Positions 63,801 through 64,000 of a DNA stretch of 64,000 nucleotides are shown here, one piece after another. This DNA comes from Candidatus Hodarchaeota archaeon (GTDB lineage Archaea > Asgardarchaeota > Lokiarchaeia > Sigyniarchaeales > SOKP01), in the NCBI GenBank assembly GCA_048886685.1, contig JBHLKM010000013.1, forward strand, positions 32,001 to 96,000. Direction: 5' to 3'. Every line of letters starts with the position of its first letter. The stretch's first letter is position 1. The notes under the pieces are model-generated. The model did not search any database. It saw only the letters and a program-made list of their open reading frames with translations, and was not told the DNA's origin. The position numbers and the translations under genes are program-made.

Positions 63801-64000
63801 CAATTGCTTTATCAAATTCTCCTGTGCCAATTTTGGTTTGTGCTTCTTCTAATAAATGAAATGCTTTTTCTTCCATTTTTTCAGTTTTTACTCTAATTTC
63901 TTCCTGTTTTTTTAGTTCCTCTTGCTTTTCCCTCATTTTTTCCTTTTCGATTCTTACTTTTTCAGAAATCTGCTGTTGAAACCTTAGATCCTCCTGTTCT
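60865..64000 (-). CDS. Giant tandem-repeat helical protein (5' end beyond the window)
   Basis: Frame open to 64000; 8 units of ~115-120 aa (AF.LL..A...Y..A...Y..A...IGW/F + coiled coil). Confidence 0.85.
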   Translation of the reverse strand, partial: EQEDLRFQQQISEKVRIEKEKMREKQEELKKQEEIRVKTEKMEEKAFHLLEEAQTKIGTGEFDKAIVLYQEALKIFKEIHWDDEIKLIQNSIRAVEDKKREAELKKQKDLEELLEKEKLEKAFQAQIALEISTQQERLKQREIKLRKQEEELAFREEKKNLAFKLLDEAQVHLSQGNYDNALRLYNEVTNIFAQIQWVDEIPIIQEAINDIQKRKRKEIIIQQRELEKAIEEEKANYSFIEQINLHKELEKEIAMKELKSIEMQRKMSAQNLIKQQEAFKIIEDAEVFLKQSSFEDALNKYNEAINILTEIGWTESYLKLLNDTIKTIKIRKRKLELSEKAKQQLLLNQKEEEEKFQRKVYELIQSENNRLREKKVQIQKREDLLTIFERKKSDAFQLIENAQKALNTRQYEKAIEKYRQAELILYEIGFPTGAIKEMINKIQSKSREEIMSKQKDLEINLQKEREEIQFQRKIAENVKINEIKMKSKQKKLEKQRESYEYMERRKEEAFNLLEEAEIYMNQAQYDKSLESYHSAEIILNEIAFPTEVIREMIQKVQEKKKQHQIQKQKELESSIQKEKEEWEFQRNIADEFKKESGRLQTKQVQLEEMEKLKEKLELTKQDAFKILDAAEELLKNFEYDKAIESYRKAELILNELHFPTDSIKGMVTKVQQLMKQKEEMQEFQFQREIEKIQEEKDLQLLIEERQGQEREKKKAQLLALQERERIVQEQASIRESAYSMLDEAGKYLKQLSPDYTKAISLYIEARNLLADNIGWEPEINNLNALIKDLQQEQVSFQEKKRLEEQTLIQRQKEYEVFQKEIKARRIEQEKLKREQERQYRELILSKRRMEEIRDKGLKLIDEGKKWAAYHDFERAYQNFETAKEKFKEIGWLEETKYIETEIRNTKELEKRVESEELKIQSIQEQLDKQRTSEESRRKAEEAQLKETIGEVSTLANEVINLIEERRKQQEIADTQKREEIKYEAKEFRRMMGDMIKIKEELIEELKLKENKRQEFQEKLQMAKEREEVDNLKRMIKEAEKRKEK

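Overview
AT-rich archaeal chromosomal window, almost certainly Asgard and Lokiarchaeia-like. This is inferred from a two-domain gelsolin, histone, E1/E2/RING ubiquitin-like machinery, IFT52-like and uDENN/longin-like domains, and eukaryote-type SECIS elements. Main points not visible in the ORF track: (1) two tandem selenophosphate synthetase (selD) paralogues, each with an in-frame UGA at codon 18 and a 3'-UTR SECIS, one with a canonical AUGA core and one with AGGA; (2) tRNA-Trp with 2 introns and tRNA-Tyr with 3 introns, whose three non-canonical introns share a C-AU(A/U)UC-G hairpin loop; (3) a degenerate tandem repeat with a 180-bp period upstream of the histone gene; (4) a probable ~150-nt structured sRNA; (5) conserved genes that appear to start at AUA/AUC; (6) candidate proto-eukaryotic proteins (HEAT+PCI-like+adaptin-ear-like, receiver+uDENN-like, MIT-like+Zn ribbon, coiled-coil RING next to the proteasome beta gene, and a giant repeat protein upstream of a UBA3-like E1). 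Several frameshifted or eroded genes are also present. All domain calls come from motif recognition by eye; no searches were run.
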